NCBI GenBank assembly: GCA_045531205.1
Contig: JAZSDN010000042.1
Coordinates: 26,590 to 90,589, forward strand
DNA length: 64,000 nucleotides
Direction: 5' to 3'
From: Clostridia bacterium
GTDB lineage: Bacteria > Bacillota > Clostridia > UMGS1883 > UMGS1540
Numbering within the stretch: the stretch's first letter is position 1; the number at the start of each line of letters is the position of its first letter. The notes under the pieces were generated by a model. The model saw only the letters and a list, made by a program, of their open reading frames with translations, was not told where the DNA came from and searched no databases. Of the stretch, positions 18,917 to 29,600 are shown piece by piece. A program made the translations under genes and the position numbers.

Positions 18917-19060
18917 TTCTTTGTGACTGACGGAGTGTCATCGGAGATTCGAACTAAACTCCCCGATGACTAAGCGGTATACCGCAAGGGAACAAAGAAT
19001 ACTATTTAAAGCCGACCGTCTGGGCACATTTATTCTCTTATAGAGTAAGTGTGCCTTTTG
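18917..19060 (+). ncRNA. ZTP (ZMP/ZTP, pfl-motif) riboswitch with terminator expression platform
   Basis: P1 is TTCTTTGTG paired with CAAAGAA. GACTGACGGAG plus P2 GTCATCGGAG/CTCCCCGATGAC. The 3' pseudoknot strand CCGACCGTCTGGGCA matches the ZTP consensus CCGACCGCCUGGGCA and overlaps the terminator GGCACA...TGTGCC TTTT (19023-19059). Confidence 0.85.
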
Positions 19061-19104
19061 ATTTTTAAAAAGGCTTTTACAAAAAAACTAACAGGAGGCA
19101 GAGT

Positions 19105-19593
19105 ATGAAAAAAGTAGGCATAGTAATGGGCAGCGACAGCGATTTGCCAATAATAGAGAAAACAACCGATACATTAAAGAATCTTGGTATACCCTTTGAG
19201 GTACATGTATATTCTGCGCACAGAACACCCGAGCAGGCAAGGGAGTTCTCTTTAAAAGCACGCGAAAATGGTTTTGGTGTTATAATTGCGGCAGCGGGTA
19301 TGGCAGCACATCTTGCAGGAGCAATAGCTGCAAACACAACCTTACCCGTTATTGGTATACCCTGTAAATCATCAAATCTTGACGGCATTGATGCCCTTTT
19401 ATCAACAGTACAGATGCCTCCCGGCATACCTGTAGCAACTGTTGCAATAAATGGTGGAGTCAATGCCGCTTTACTTGCAGCACAGATTATTGCGGTTGAA
19501 GATAAAGACCTCGCGGCAAAACTTGATGCAAAAAGAGTAAGCGATGCCGAAGCAGTTTTGAAAAAAGATGCAGGAATTTTGGAAAGACTTTAA
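19105..19593 (+). CDS. purE: N5-carboxyaminoimidazole ribonucleotide mutase
   Basis: 162 aa. GSDSDLP and AGMAAHLAG motifs. Confidence 0.9.
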   Translation: MKKVGIVMGSDSDLPIIEKTTDTLKNLGIPFEVHVYSAHRTPEQAREFSLKARENGFGVIIAAAGMAAHLAGAIAANTTLPVIGIPCKSSNLDGIDALLSTVQMPPGIPVATVAINGGVNAALLAAQIIAVEDKDLAAKLDAKRVSDAEAVLKKDAGILERL

Positions 19594-19632
19594 TTGATTA
19601 TAAAAAATTTAAGATATAAAGGAGAAATTACA

Positions 19633-20319
19633 ATGGAAAAGAAATTGGTTTACACAGGAAAAACAAAGAACGTATTTGCACTTGATAACGGAAATTATCT
19701 CTTAAAATTCAAAGATGACTGCACAGGAAAAGACGGCGTGTTTGACCCGGGCGAAAATTCGGTTGGTCTTACAATCGATGGCGTAGGAGATGTAAACCTT
19801 CGTATGTCGATTTATTTCTTCGAAAAGGTTAACGCAGCAGGCATTAAAACACACTATGTAAGTGCAAATCTCGAAGATACAACAATGGAAGTTTTGCCAG
19901 CAAAGCCTTTTGGTAAAGGACTTGAAGTTATCTGCCGTCACAAAGCAGTAGGAAGCTTTTACCGCCGTTACAGTGATTATATAGAAGAAGGCGCAGACCT
20001 TCCGGCTTATGTTGAAACAACATTTAAAAACGATGAAAAGGGCGATCCTTTAGTAACAAAAGACGGTCTTTGCGATTTAGGCGTTATGACTGCCGAGCAG
20101 TATGACGATATAAAAGATATGACACAGAAAATCACACAAATCGTTGCCGACGACTTAAAGGAAAAAGGACTTATTCTTTATGATATCAAATTTGAATTTG
20201 GTTATGACAAAGACGGCAAAGTTATGTTAATAGACGAAATTGCATCAGGCAATATGCGTGTATATAAAAACGGCGAATATATCGATCCTATGACTCTTTC
20301 CAAACTTTTCTTTGCATAA
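19633..20319 (+). CDS. purC: SAICAR synthetase
   Basis: [10 protein letters not shown]-terminus. AGGAG RBS before the ATG at 19633. Confidence 0.9.
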   Translation: MEKKLVYTGKTKNVFALDNGNYLLKFKDDCTGKDGVFDPGENSVGLTIDGVGDVNLRMSIYFFEKVNAAGIKTHYVSANLEDTTMEVLPAKPFGKGLEVICRHKAVGSFYRRYSDYIEEGADLPAYVETTFKNDEKGDPLVTKDGLCDLGVMTAEQYDDIKDMTQKITQIVADDLKEKGLILYDIKFEFGYDKDGKVMLIDEIASGNMRVYKNGEYIDPMTLSKLFFA

Positions 20320-20355
20320 AAATTAATCAATAACATCTACGAAAGGGGAAAAAAC

Positions 20356-21780
20356 ATGGGAGGATTTTTTGGGATTTCCTCAAAAAAAGAATGCCTTATA
20401 GACGTATTCTTCGGGACAGACTATCACTCGCACCTTGGTACAAAAAGAGGGGGTCTTGCGGCATACGATAAAGAAATAGGATTACAAAGAAAAATACACA
20501 ATATAGAAAACTCGCCATTCCGAACAAAGTTTGAACATGTGCTTGAAGAAATGAAAGGCACATCAGCCATAGGCTGTATAAGTGATACAGACCCGCAACC
20601 AATGCTTATAAGATCACACTTTGGGACTTATGCTATCAGTATGATTGGCAGAATAAACAATTCAGACGAGCTGATAGAAGAATGCATAGGCACCTGTGGC
20701 GGACACTTTGACGCAATGACAGGTGGCAGGGTAAACTCTGTTGAACTGCTTGCGGCTTTAATAAATCAAAAAAGCAACTTTGTAGAAGGTATAAAGTTTG
20801 CCCAAGACAGCATCGACGGGTCAGCATCAATTTTAATACTTAAAGATGACGGAGCGATTATTGCTGCACGTGACAAAGTGGGAAGACTTCCTGTCACAAT
20901 AGGAAAAAATGAGGACGGATACGCCGTATCATTTGAAAACTTTGCTTACAGAAAGCTTGGGTTTGAAGACGAATGCGAACTCGGCCCAGGCGAAATAGTA
21001 GAGCTCACCCCCGATTCTATGACACAGCTTGCCGCCCCCGGCGATAAAATGTGTATATGCTCATTTTTGTGGAGCTACTTCGGATATCCAACAAGCGAGT
21101 ACGAAGGAATAAACGTTGAAATGATGCGTTACCGTAACGGTCACATCATGGCAAGAAACGATAAAGAGCTTGATAATTCTTCTGGGGTTGATTATGTAGG
21201 CGGTGTTCCCGATTCAGGTACGCCCCACGCAATAGGCTATTCAAACGAAAGCGGAATACCTTTTGCAAGAGCATTTATAAAATACACACCCACCTGGGCA
21301 AGAAGCTTTACCCCCGCAACTCAAAACGAAAGAAAAAGAGTTGCTAAAATGAAACAGATTCCCGTACACGACCTTATAAAAGACAAAAATCTTTTGTTTG
21401 TTGACGATTCAATTGTACGTGGCACACAGCTTCGTGAAACGGTAGAATTTTTATATGACCACGGTGCAAAATCGGTACACATGCGTTCGGCATGCCCGCC
21501 CATAATGTACGGATGTAAATATTTAAACTTCTCTCGTGCTACAAGTGATATGGAGCTTATTGCAAGACGTATCATTTTAGAACTTGAAGGCGAAGAAGGA
21601 TTAAACCACATAGAAGAATACAGTAACTCAACAACAGAACGCGGCAAAAAATTAAGAGATGCAATTTGTAAGGAATTACATCTTGCTTCACTTGAATTCC
21701 AGTCGCTTGAAGGTATAATTGAAGCAATAGGACTTGATAAATGCAAGCTTTGTACCTATTGCTGGAACGGAAAGGAGTAA
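20356..21780 (+). CDS. purF: Amidophosphoribosyltransferase-like protein (PurF homolog, Fe-S type) lacking the N-terminal catalytic cysteine
   Basis: PRTase motif LLFVDDSIVRGTQL. C-terminal Cys ligands CKLCTYC. N-terminus MGGFFGI aligns to MCGIVGI with Gly in place of Cys1. An in-frame stop at 20317-20319 excludes any upstream extension. Confidence 0.75.
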   Translation: MGGFFGISSKKECLIDVFFGTDYHSHLGTKRGGLAAYDKEIGLQRKIHNIENSPFRTKFEHVLEEMKGTSAIGCISDTDPQPMLIRSHFGTYAISMIGRINNSDELIEECIGTCGGHFDAMTGGRVNSVELLAALINQKSNFVEGIKFAQDSIDGSASILILKDDGAIIAARDKVGRLPVTIGKNEDGYAVSFENFAYRKLGFEDECELGPGEIVELTPDSMTQLAAPGDKMCICSFLWSYFGYPTSEYEGINVEMMRYRNGHIMARNDKELDNSSGVDYVGGVPDSGTPHAIGYSNESGIPFARAFIKYTPTWARSFTPATQNERKRVAKMKQIPVHDLIKDKNLLFVDDSIVRGTQLRETVEFLYDHGAKSVHMRSACPPIMYGCKYLNFSRATSDMELIARRIILELEGEEGLNHIEEYSNSTTERGKKLRDAICKELHLASLEFQSLEGIIEAIGLDKCKLCTYCWNGKE

Positions 21781-21783
21781 ATT

Positions 21784-22824
21784 ATGAATACAACTTCCAA
21801 ATCAGATGCATACGCAGCAGCAGGCGTTGACATAACGGCAGGCTATAAAGCTGTTGAACTTATGAAACAGCATATAGCAAAAACCGTAACAGAGGGAGTT
21901 TGTTCCGACGTTGGCGGCTTTGGCGGACTTTTTGAACTTGATATAGAAAACATTTCAAAACCCGTACTTGTCAGCGGAACAGACGGTGTAGGCACAAAAT
22001 TAAAACTCGCATTTTTAATGGACAAGCACGATACAGTTGGTATCGACTGTGTTGCAATGTGTGTTAACGATATTATTTGCAGCGGTGCAAAGCCGTTAAT
22101 TTTCCTTGATTATATCGCTTGCGGAAAAAACGTTCCCGAAAGAATAGCCGATATAGTTAAAGGTGTATGCGAAGGCTGCGTTCAGTCAGGTGCGGCACTT
22201 ATCGGCGGCGAAACGGCAGAAATGCCCGGCTTTTACCCCGAAGATGAATATGACCTTGCAGGCTATTGCACAGGTATTGTTGATAAAGCAAAAATTATTG
22301 ACAATAAAAAAATGCAGGAAGGCGACGTTATAATAGCACTTCCTTCAAGCGGTGTTCATTCAAACGGATTTTCACTTGTAAGAAAAGTTTTTGATGTTGA
22401 AAATGCCGACATAAAAACTCCTGTTCCTGAGCTTGCAGGAAAATCAATAGGAGAAACACTTCTTACTCCCACAAAAATTTATGTAAAACCCGTACTTGCA
22501 CTTTTAAAAGAGGTAGAAGTACACGGAATTTCCCATATAACAGGCGGCGGCTTTTACGAAAATATTCCCCGTAGTATTCCCGAAGGTCTGGGTGCTAAAA
22601 TCGACAAATCAAAGGTACGTATTCTTCCTATATTCGACCTTATTGCAAAGACAGGAAATATAAGCGAAAGAGATATGTTCAACACCTTCAATATGGGCGT
22701 AGGTATGAGTATTATAGTGCCTAAAGAAGATGCAGACAAAGCACTCGAAATCTTAAAGGATTCAGGCGAAGACGCTTATATTATAGGCGAAATTATAAAA
22801 TCCGAAGAAAAGGTGATTTTATGA
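21784..22824 (+). CDS. purM: Phosphoribosylformylglycinamidine cyclo-ligase (AIR synthetase)
   Basis: [12 protein letters not shown] and GGETAEMPG motifs. Confidence 0.9.
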   Translation: MNTTSKSDAYAAAGVDITAGYKAVELMKQHIAKTVTEGVCSDVGGFGGLFELDIENISKPVLVSGTDGVGTKLKLAFLMDKHDTVGIDCVAMCVNDIICSGAKPLIFLDYIACGKNVPERIADIVKGVCEGCVQSGAALIGGETAEMPGFYPEDEYDLAGYCTGIVDKAKIIDNKKMQEGDVIIALPSSGVHSNGFSLVRKVFDVENADIKTPVPELAGKSIGETLLTPTKIYVKPVLALLKEVEVHGISHITGGGFYENIPRSIPEGLGAKIDKSKVRILPIFDLIAKTGNISERDMFNTFNMGVGMSIIVPKEDADKALEILKDSGEDAYIIGEIIKSEEKVIL

Positions 22825-23423
22825 AAACCGCAAAAATAGCTGTTTTGGTATCCGGCGGAGGAACAAACCTTCAGGCTTTGATTAACGCAGAGAAAAAAGG
22901 AATAATCAAAAGCGGAAAAATAAGTATGGTTATTTCAAACAATGCAAACGCTTATGCACTTGAAAGAGCAAAAAAAGCCGATATTAAAACAAGCATTGTT
23001 TTAAAAAAGCAGTGTGCCGACCAAGCCGAATTTGAAGGAAAAATAATTGATATTTTAGACCGAGAAAAAATAGATTTAATAGTTTTGGCAGGCTTTATGA
23101 GCATTTTAAGCGAAAACTTTACAAAGCATTACGAAGGCAGAATAATAAATGTTCATCCTTCACTTATTCCTTCATTTTGCGGACAGGGCTTTTACGGATT
23201 AAAGGTGCACGAGGAAGCACTTAAAAAAGGCGTAAAGGTAACAGGTGCAACAGTACACTTTGTAAACGAAATTCCCGACGGTGGCGAAATCATAATGCAA
23301 AAAGCCGTTAACGTAAGGGAAGACGATACACCCGAAACCTTGCAAAAAAGAGTAATGCGCCTTGCCGAATGGCAGATACTTCCCAAAGCGGTTGAAAAAA
23401 TATGTGCTAAAATAAATATGTGA
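22821..23423 (+). CDS. purN: Phosphoribosylglycinamide formyltransferase
   Basis: [15 protein letters not shown] and [10 protein letters not shown] motifs. Confidence 0.9.
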   Translation: MKTAKIAVLVSGGGTNLQALINAEKKGIIKSGKISMVISNNANAYALERAKKADIKTSIVLKKQCADQAEFEGKIIDILDREKIDLIVLAGFMSILSENFTKHYEGRIINVHPSLIPSFCGQGFYGLKVHEEALKKGVKVTGATVHFVNEIPDGGEIIMQKAVNVREDDTPETLQKRVMRLAEWQILPKAVEKICAKINM

Positions 23424-23436
23424 AAGGAAATTAATA

Positions 23437-24156
23437 ATGGATATTTACAAGATAAATGATATAGCAGAGCTTATAAAAGGAAACTCTTACGTTGGAAGAG
23501 GTATAGTAATAGGAAAAACTCCCGACGGGGAAAATGCTTGTGCCGCATACTTTATTATGGGCAGAAGCCAGAACAGCCGTAACCGTATTTTCACCGAAAA
23601 GGGCGGCGAAGTTTTTACAGAACCCTTTGATGCATCAAAGGTAGAAGACCCAAGTCTTATAATATATGCCGCAATAAGAGAATACGAAAAAAATCTTATA
23701 GTAACAAACGGCGACCAGACCGACACAATTTACGAGGGTTTAAAAATGGGCAAAACCTTTGAAGCAGCCCTCGAAAGCCGTGAATTTGAGCCTGATGCAC
23801 CTAACTTCACACCTCGTATCAGCGGAATGATAAGCTTTGCTGATTCTGACTTCACATATAAAATGAGCATTTTAAAAAGCCTTGACGAAAATGGAAGCGA
23901 CTGTGCAAGATATGCATATTCCTATCCTTCAAAGGCAGGACTCGGACACTTTATTCATACCTACGTGTGCGACGGAAACCCCATTCCCACCTTCCAGGGC
24001 GAGCCTGAAAGAGTAGCAATGGAAAACGATATCGACAAGTTTGCAGATAAACTCTGGAACGCACTTGATAACGATAACAAAATTTCGCTTTATGTAAGAT
24101 ATACAAATCTTAAAACAGGCGAAGTTTCAAACAGAATGATAAACAAGAATAAATAA
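23437..24156 (+). CDS. purO: IMP cyclohydrolase, PurO-type (archaeal-like)
   Basis: 239-aa protein of the IMP_cyclohyd/PurO type. It lies immediately upstream of an AICARFT-only purH, a split arrangement known in Clostridia. Confidence 0.6.
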   Translation: MDIYKINDIAELIKGNSYVGRGIVIGKTPDGENACAAYFIMGRSQNSRNRIFTEKGGEVFTEPFDASKVEDPSLIIYAAIREYEKNLIVTNGDQTDTIYEGLKMGKTFEAALESREFEPDAPNFTPRISGMISFADSDFTYKMSILKSLDENGSDCARYAYSYPSKAGLGHFIHTYVCDGNPIPTFQGEPERVAMENDIDKFADKLWNALDNDNKISLYVRYTNLKTGEVSNRMINKNK

Positions 24157-24169
24157 GGAGGATTTTACT

Positions 24170-25354
24170 GTGAAAGAATTTGAATTAAAATATGGTTGTA
24201 ACCCAAACCAAAAACCCTCAAAAATATTTATGAAAGACGGAAGCGACCTTCCTATAGAAATTTTAAACGGCAGACCCGGCTACATAAACTTCCTTGATGC
24301 TTTTAACAGCTGGCAGCTCGTGCGCGAGCTTAAAGAAGCACTCGGATTACCCGCAGTAACATCCTTTAAACACGTAAGCCCCACTTCGGCAGCAGTTGGA
24401 ATAAAGCTTCCCGAAAAGCTTAAAAAAGCTTGCTTTGTAAGCGGTATCGAAGGATTTGAAGAATCCCCCTTAGCCTGGGCTTATGCAAGAGCAAGAGGAA
24501 CAGACAGAATGTGTTCGTTTGGCGATTGGGTAGCACTTTCCGATGTATGTGACGTTCCCACAGCTTTAATGATTAAAAACGAAGTATCCGACGGTATCAT
24601 AGCTCCGGGCTATGAACCCGAAGCTTTGGAAATCTTAAAATCCAAGAGAAAAGGTGGATATAACATAGTAAAAATCGACCCCGATTTCGTTCCTGAAGAA
24701 ATTGAACAGAAACAGGTTTTCGGTATCACCTTTGAACAGGGCAGAAACAACTTTAAAATAAATAAAGAACTTTTATCAAACATTGTTACACAAAACAAAA
24801 ATATGCCCGAAAGTGCAGTAAGAGATTTAATAATAGCACTTATAACCTTAAAATATACACAGTCAAACTCTGTTTGCTTTGCTTATGACGGACAGGCTAT
24901 CGGTGTTGGAGCAGGTCAGCAGTCAAGAATTCATTGTACACGCCTTGCAGGTACAAAGGCAGACACATGGTTCTTGCGTCAGCACGATAAGGTGTTAAAC
25001 CTTCCCTTTAAAGATACTCTGGGCAGACCCGACAGAGACAATGTAATCGACGGTTATATAAACAAAAACGAAGAAGATGTTTGTGCAGAAGGTAACTGGC
25101 AGAAATACTTTACCGAAAAACCAGAACCCTTAACAGACAAAGAAGCAAGAGAATATCTTGACACTATCGATAATGTTGCATTAGGTTCTGATGCATTCTT
25201 CCCCTTCAGCGATAATATTGAAAGAGCAAAAAAGAGCGGTGTAAAATATATTGCTGAACCCGGCGGTTCAATAAGAGACGATGCAGTAATTGAATGTTGC
25301 GATAAGTACGGAATGTCAATGGCATTTACAGGAATGCGTCTTTTCCATCATTGA
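24170..25354 (+). CDS. purH: AICAR transformylase domain protein (PurH lacking the MGS/IMP cyclohydrolase domain)
   Basis: GTG start with a GGAGG RBS. KYGCNPNQ in the AICARFT domain. No N-terminal MGS-like domain. Confidence 0.7.
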   Translation: MKEFELKYGCNPNQKPSKIFMKDGSDLPIEILNGRPGYINFLDAFNSWQLVRELKEALGLPAVTSFKHVSPTSAAVGIKLPEKLKKACFVSGIEGFEESPLAWAYARARGTDRMCSFGDWVALSDVCDVPTALMIKNEVSDGIIAPGYEPEALEILKSKRKGGYNIVKIDPDFVPEEIEQKQVFGITFEQGRNNFKINKELLSNIVTQNKNMPESAVRDLIIALITLKYTQSNSVCFAYDGQAIGVGAGQQSRIHCTRLAGTKADTWFLRQHDKVLNLPFKDTLGRPDRDNVIDGYINKNEEDVCAEGNWQKYFTEKPEPLTDKEAREYLDTIDNVALGSDAFFPFSDNIERAKKSGVKYIAEPGGSIRDDAVIECCDKYGMSMAFTGMRLFHH

Positions 25355-25373
25355 TTCTTGCGGAGGAACAGAT

Positions 25374-26645
25374 ATGAAAATTATGGTAGTAGGTGGCGGC
25401 GGAAGAGAGCATGCCATCATCAAAAAAATAAAAGAAAATAAAGAAGTAACCAAAATTTTTGCACTTCCCGGCAACGGCGGCATAGCTGCCGATGCCGAAT
25501 GTGTTGATATTGCAGCAACAGATATAGAAGCTGTAGCAGAATTTGCAGTAAAAAATAACATAGACTATGCAATAGTAGCACCCGACGACCCCCTTGTACT
25601 TGGCTTGGTTGATAAGCTTGAAGAAAAAAATATTCCCTGCTTTGGGCCCAGGGCAAACGCAGCTATTATTGAAGGCAGTAAGGTTTTTTCAAAAAATCTT
25701 ATGCAAAAATATAATATTCCAACAGCAGAGTACCGCGTGTTTGACAACGCAGAAGAAGCTTTAAAATATATCGAAACAGCCCCCATTCCCACAGTTATAA
25801 AGGCTGACGGATTGGCACTCGGCAAAGGTGTTATTATAGCAAACACAAAAGAAGAAGCAAAAAACGGAATTAAATCAATAATGCAGGACAAACAGTTCGG
25901 CAAAAGCGGTGACCGCATTGTTATAGAAGAATTTTTAACTGGCCCCGAGGTTTCAGTTCTTTCGTTTACCGACGGTAAAACAGTAGTTCCTATGATTTCT
26001 TCAATGGATCATAAACGTGCGGGCGATAACGATACAGGGCTTAACACAGGCGGTATGGGCACGGTTGCACCAAACCCCTATTATACAGAAGAAATAGCAA
26101 AAGAATGTATGGAAAAAATCTTTATTCCTACAATGAACGCTATGAATAGCGAAGGCAGAACTTTTAAAGGTTGTTTGTACTTTGGTCTTATGCTTACAGA
26201 AAAAGGCCCCAAGGTTATAGAATATAACTGCCGTTTCGGCGACCCTGAAACACAGGTTGTATTACCCCTTTTAAAAACAGACCTTTTAACAGTTATGCAG
26301 GCAGTTACAAACGAAACCTTGGCTGATATAAAGGTAGAATTTTGTGACAAACACGCTTGCTGTGTAATAATGGCATCAAAGGGCTACCCCGAAAAATACG
26401 AAAAAGGCTTTGAAATGGATATCCCCCAAAGCATTGCAGACAAAGTTTATGTTGCAGGTGCTAAAAAGAGCGAAGAAAAGCTTTTAACAAACGGTGGCAG
26501 AGTTTTGGGAGCAACTGAAATTGCAGACTCACTCGAAAATGCAATTTCGGGAGCCTATAAGCTTGTTTCACAAATCAAGTTTGACAATGCTTATTACAGA
26601 AATGACATAGGACAAAGAGCCTTAAAAGCAGACGGAGGAAAGTAA
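25374..26645 (+). CDS. purD: Phosphoribosylamine-glycine ligase
   Basis: MKIMVVGGGGREHAI N-terminus. ATP-grasp fold. Confidence 0.9.
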   Translation: MKIMVVGGGGREHAIIKKIKENKEVTKIFALPGNGGIAADAECVDIAATDIEAVAEFAVKNNIDYAIVAPDDPLVLGLVDKLEEKNIPCFGPRANAAIIEGSKVFSKNLMQKYNIPTAEYRVFDNAEEALKYIETAPIPTVIKADGLALGKGVIIANTKEEAKNGIKSIMQDKQFGKSGDRIVIEEFLTGPEVSVLSFTDGKTVVPMISSMDHKRAGDNDTGLNTGGMGTVAPNPYYTEEIAKECMEKIFIPTMNAMNSEGRTFKGCLYFGLMLTEKGPKVIEYNCRFGDPETQVVLPLLKTDLLTVMQAVTNETLADIKVEFCDKHACCVIMASKGYPEKYEKGFEMDIPQSIADKVYVAGAKKSEEKLLTNGGRVLGATEIADSLENAISGAYKLVSQIKFDNAYYRNDIGQRALKADGGK

Positions 26646-29600
26646 TGGTATACAGAGTTTTTGTTGAAAAGAAAAAAAGCCTTGCACACGAAGCAAAAGC
26701 TTTACTTTCTGATATTCACTCATTCCTTAATATAAAAGAGCTTACCGATATACGCATCATAAACCGTTATGACGCAGAAAACATATCGGAAGAACTTTTT
26801 GAATACGCAAAAAACACAGTATTTTCAGAACCACAGCTTGACATTGCAAGCGAAGAAATTGATACTGAAAATGCCGAGGTTTTTGCAGTTGAATTTCTCC
26901 CCGGACAGTTTGACCAGCGTGCAGATTCAGCCGCACAGTGCATACAGATTATTTCACAGGGAGAAAGACCGTTAGTTAGGTCTGCAAAGGTGTACGTTTT
27001 GTATGGCAACCTTTCAAAACAGAATATTGACGAAATAAAAAAATATGTAATAAATCCTGTTGAAGCAAGAGAAGCTACCCTCGAAAAACCCGAAACTATA
27101 AAAATGACCTACGAAATCCCCACAACAGTAAAAACTCTGGACGGATTTACAAAGCTTTCGGATGAAGAGCTCGAAAAATTTGTTTCGGAATATTCTCTTG
27201 CAATGGATAAGGACGATATTAAGTTCTGTCAGGACTACTTTGTAGCCGAAAAGCGTGACCCTACCATAACCGAAATACGTATGATAGACACATACTGGTC
27301 GGACCATTGCAGACACACAACCTTCTTAACAGTTATCGACAACGTAAAGTTTGAAGACGAGCTTTTGCAGTCTTCTTATAACGAATACATAAAAACAAGA
27401 GAAGCTTTAGGCAGAACAAAGCCTGTTTGCCTTATGGATATTGCAACACTGGCAGTTAAATATTTAAAAGCAAACGGAAAGCTTGATAAAATGGACGAAT
27501 CGGAAGAAATAAATGCCTGCACAGTTAAAATTAACATTGATGTTGACGGCAAAACCGAGCCCTGGCTTTTACTCTTCAAAAACGAAACACATAACCACCC
27601 AACAGAAATCGAACCCTTTGGCGGTGCGGCAACCTGTATAGGCGGCGCAATAAGAGACCCCCTGTCAGGCCGTTCTTATGTATACGGAGCTATGCGTATT
27701 ACAGGCGCAGCTGACCCGTTAAAACCTGTTGGAGAAACAATAAAGGGTAAACTCCCGCAAAGAAAAATTGTAACAACCGCAGCAGCAGGATATTCATCCT
27801 ACGGTAACCAGATAGGTCTTGCTACAGGTATTGTAGATGAAATTTATCATCCCGGATACGCTGCAAAGCGTATGGAAATAGGTGCAGTTATAGCAGCAGC
27901 ACCCGCCGAAAATGTAAGAAGAGAAGTTCCCGCCCCCGGCGATGTTGTAATACTGCTTGGCGGCTCTACAGGTCGTGACGGTATAGGCGGTGCAACAGGC
28001 TCATCAAAGGCACACAACTTAAATTCAGTTGAAGAATGCGGAGCAGAAGTACAAAAGGGTAACGCTCCTGAAGAGCGAAAGCTTCAACGTCTTTTCCGAA
28101 ACGGTGATGCCTGCCGTATGATAAAACGCTGTAACGATTTTGGTGCAGGCGGTGTATCAGTTGCAATAGGCGAGCTTGCAGACGGACTTTATATCGACTT
28201 GAACGCAGTTCCTAAAAAGTACGAAGGTCTTGACGGTACAGAGCTTGCAATAAGCGAATCGCAGGAGCGTATGGCTGTAGTTATCGAAAAAGAAAATGTA
28301 GATGCATTTTTAGCTCTTGCCGATAAAGAAAACCTTCAGGCAGTACCCGTTGCTACCGTACAGGCACAGCCAAGACTTGTAATGGAATGGAACGGACAGA
28401 AGATAGTAGATATAAGCCGTGAATTCTTAAATTCAAACGGTGCAGATAAGCATATTGACATAGAGGTTGCAAAACCCGAAAACTTTGATAAAAAGATAGA
28501 AGGCGGCTTTGCCGAAAACTATAAGAACCTTGTGTCAGACCTTAATATCTGCTCAAAACGCGGACTTTCCGAAAGATTTGACTCAACCATCGGTGCAGGC
28601 ACAGTTTTAATGCCCTTTGGCGGTAAAAATCAGCTTACTCCCGCACAGGCAATGGTACAAAAAATCTCGGTTGAGAAAAAGCATACCGACGATTGCTCTC
28701 TTATGAGCTGGGGCTATAATCCCTTCATTTCCGAAAAAAGCCCCTACCACGGTGCATATTTAGCAGTTGTAGAATCTGTGTGTAAGCTTGTAGCAAGCGG
28801 TGCAGAATTTTCCGACGTATATCTTACATTCCAGGAATATTTTGAAAAACCAGGAAAAGACGGAAAGCGTTGGGGCAAGCCTTTGGCAGCACTTATTGGT
28901 GCATTCAGAGCACAGATGGAACTTTCAATAGGTTCAATTGGCGGTAAAGACTCAATGAGCGGCTCGTTTGAAAACATCGATGTTCCTCCCACACTCGTTT
29001 CCTTTGCCGTTACAACCGAAAAAATTAAAAACATTATTTCGCCTGAATTTAAGAAAAGAGGCAATAAGGTTATTTTCTTAAAGGCGGAATATGATAAAGA
29101 CGGCCTTCCCAAAGCCGATTCCTTAATAAAACTTTTCGATAAAGTTACAAAGCTTGTAAGAAGCGGCAAAGCACTTTCGTGCTACACACCTTGTATGGGC
29201 GGTGTTGCAGAAGCTATATACAAAATGTGTATAGGTAACTCCTTCGGCTTTGAATTTAATAACAAATTATCACTTTCGGATATTTTTGCTTATAACTACG
29301 CTTCCTTTGTTGTCGAAGTTACAGATTACGATAACGAAGATGATGTAATAGGCTATGTTACAGACTGCAAGGAAATTTCATTTGATAAAGAAAAGCTTTC
29401 ACTTTCCGAACTTTCAGAAAAATACGAAGATAAGCTCGAAAGCGTATATAGCTGTAATATCAAAAAAGCCGACACAGCTTTGGCAGACTTTAGCTGCAAC
29501 GCAACATCATATCCTGCGCCTGCAGTAAAGGTAGCAAAACCCAAGGTGCTTATTCCTGCATTCCCCGGCACAAACTGCGAGTTTGACAGTGCAAAAGCTG

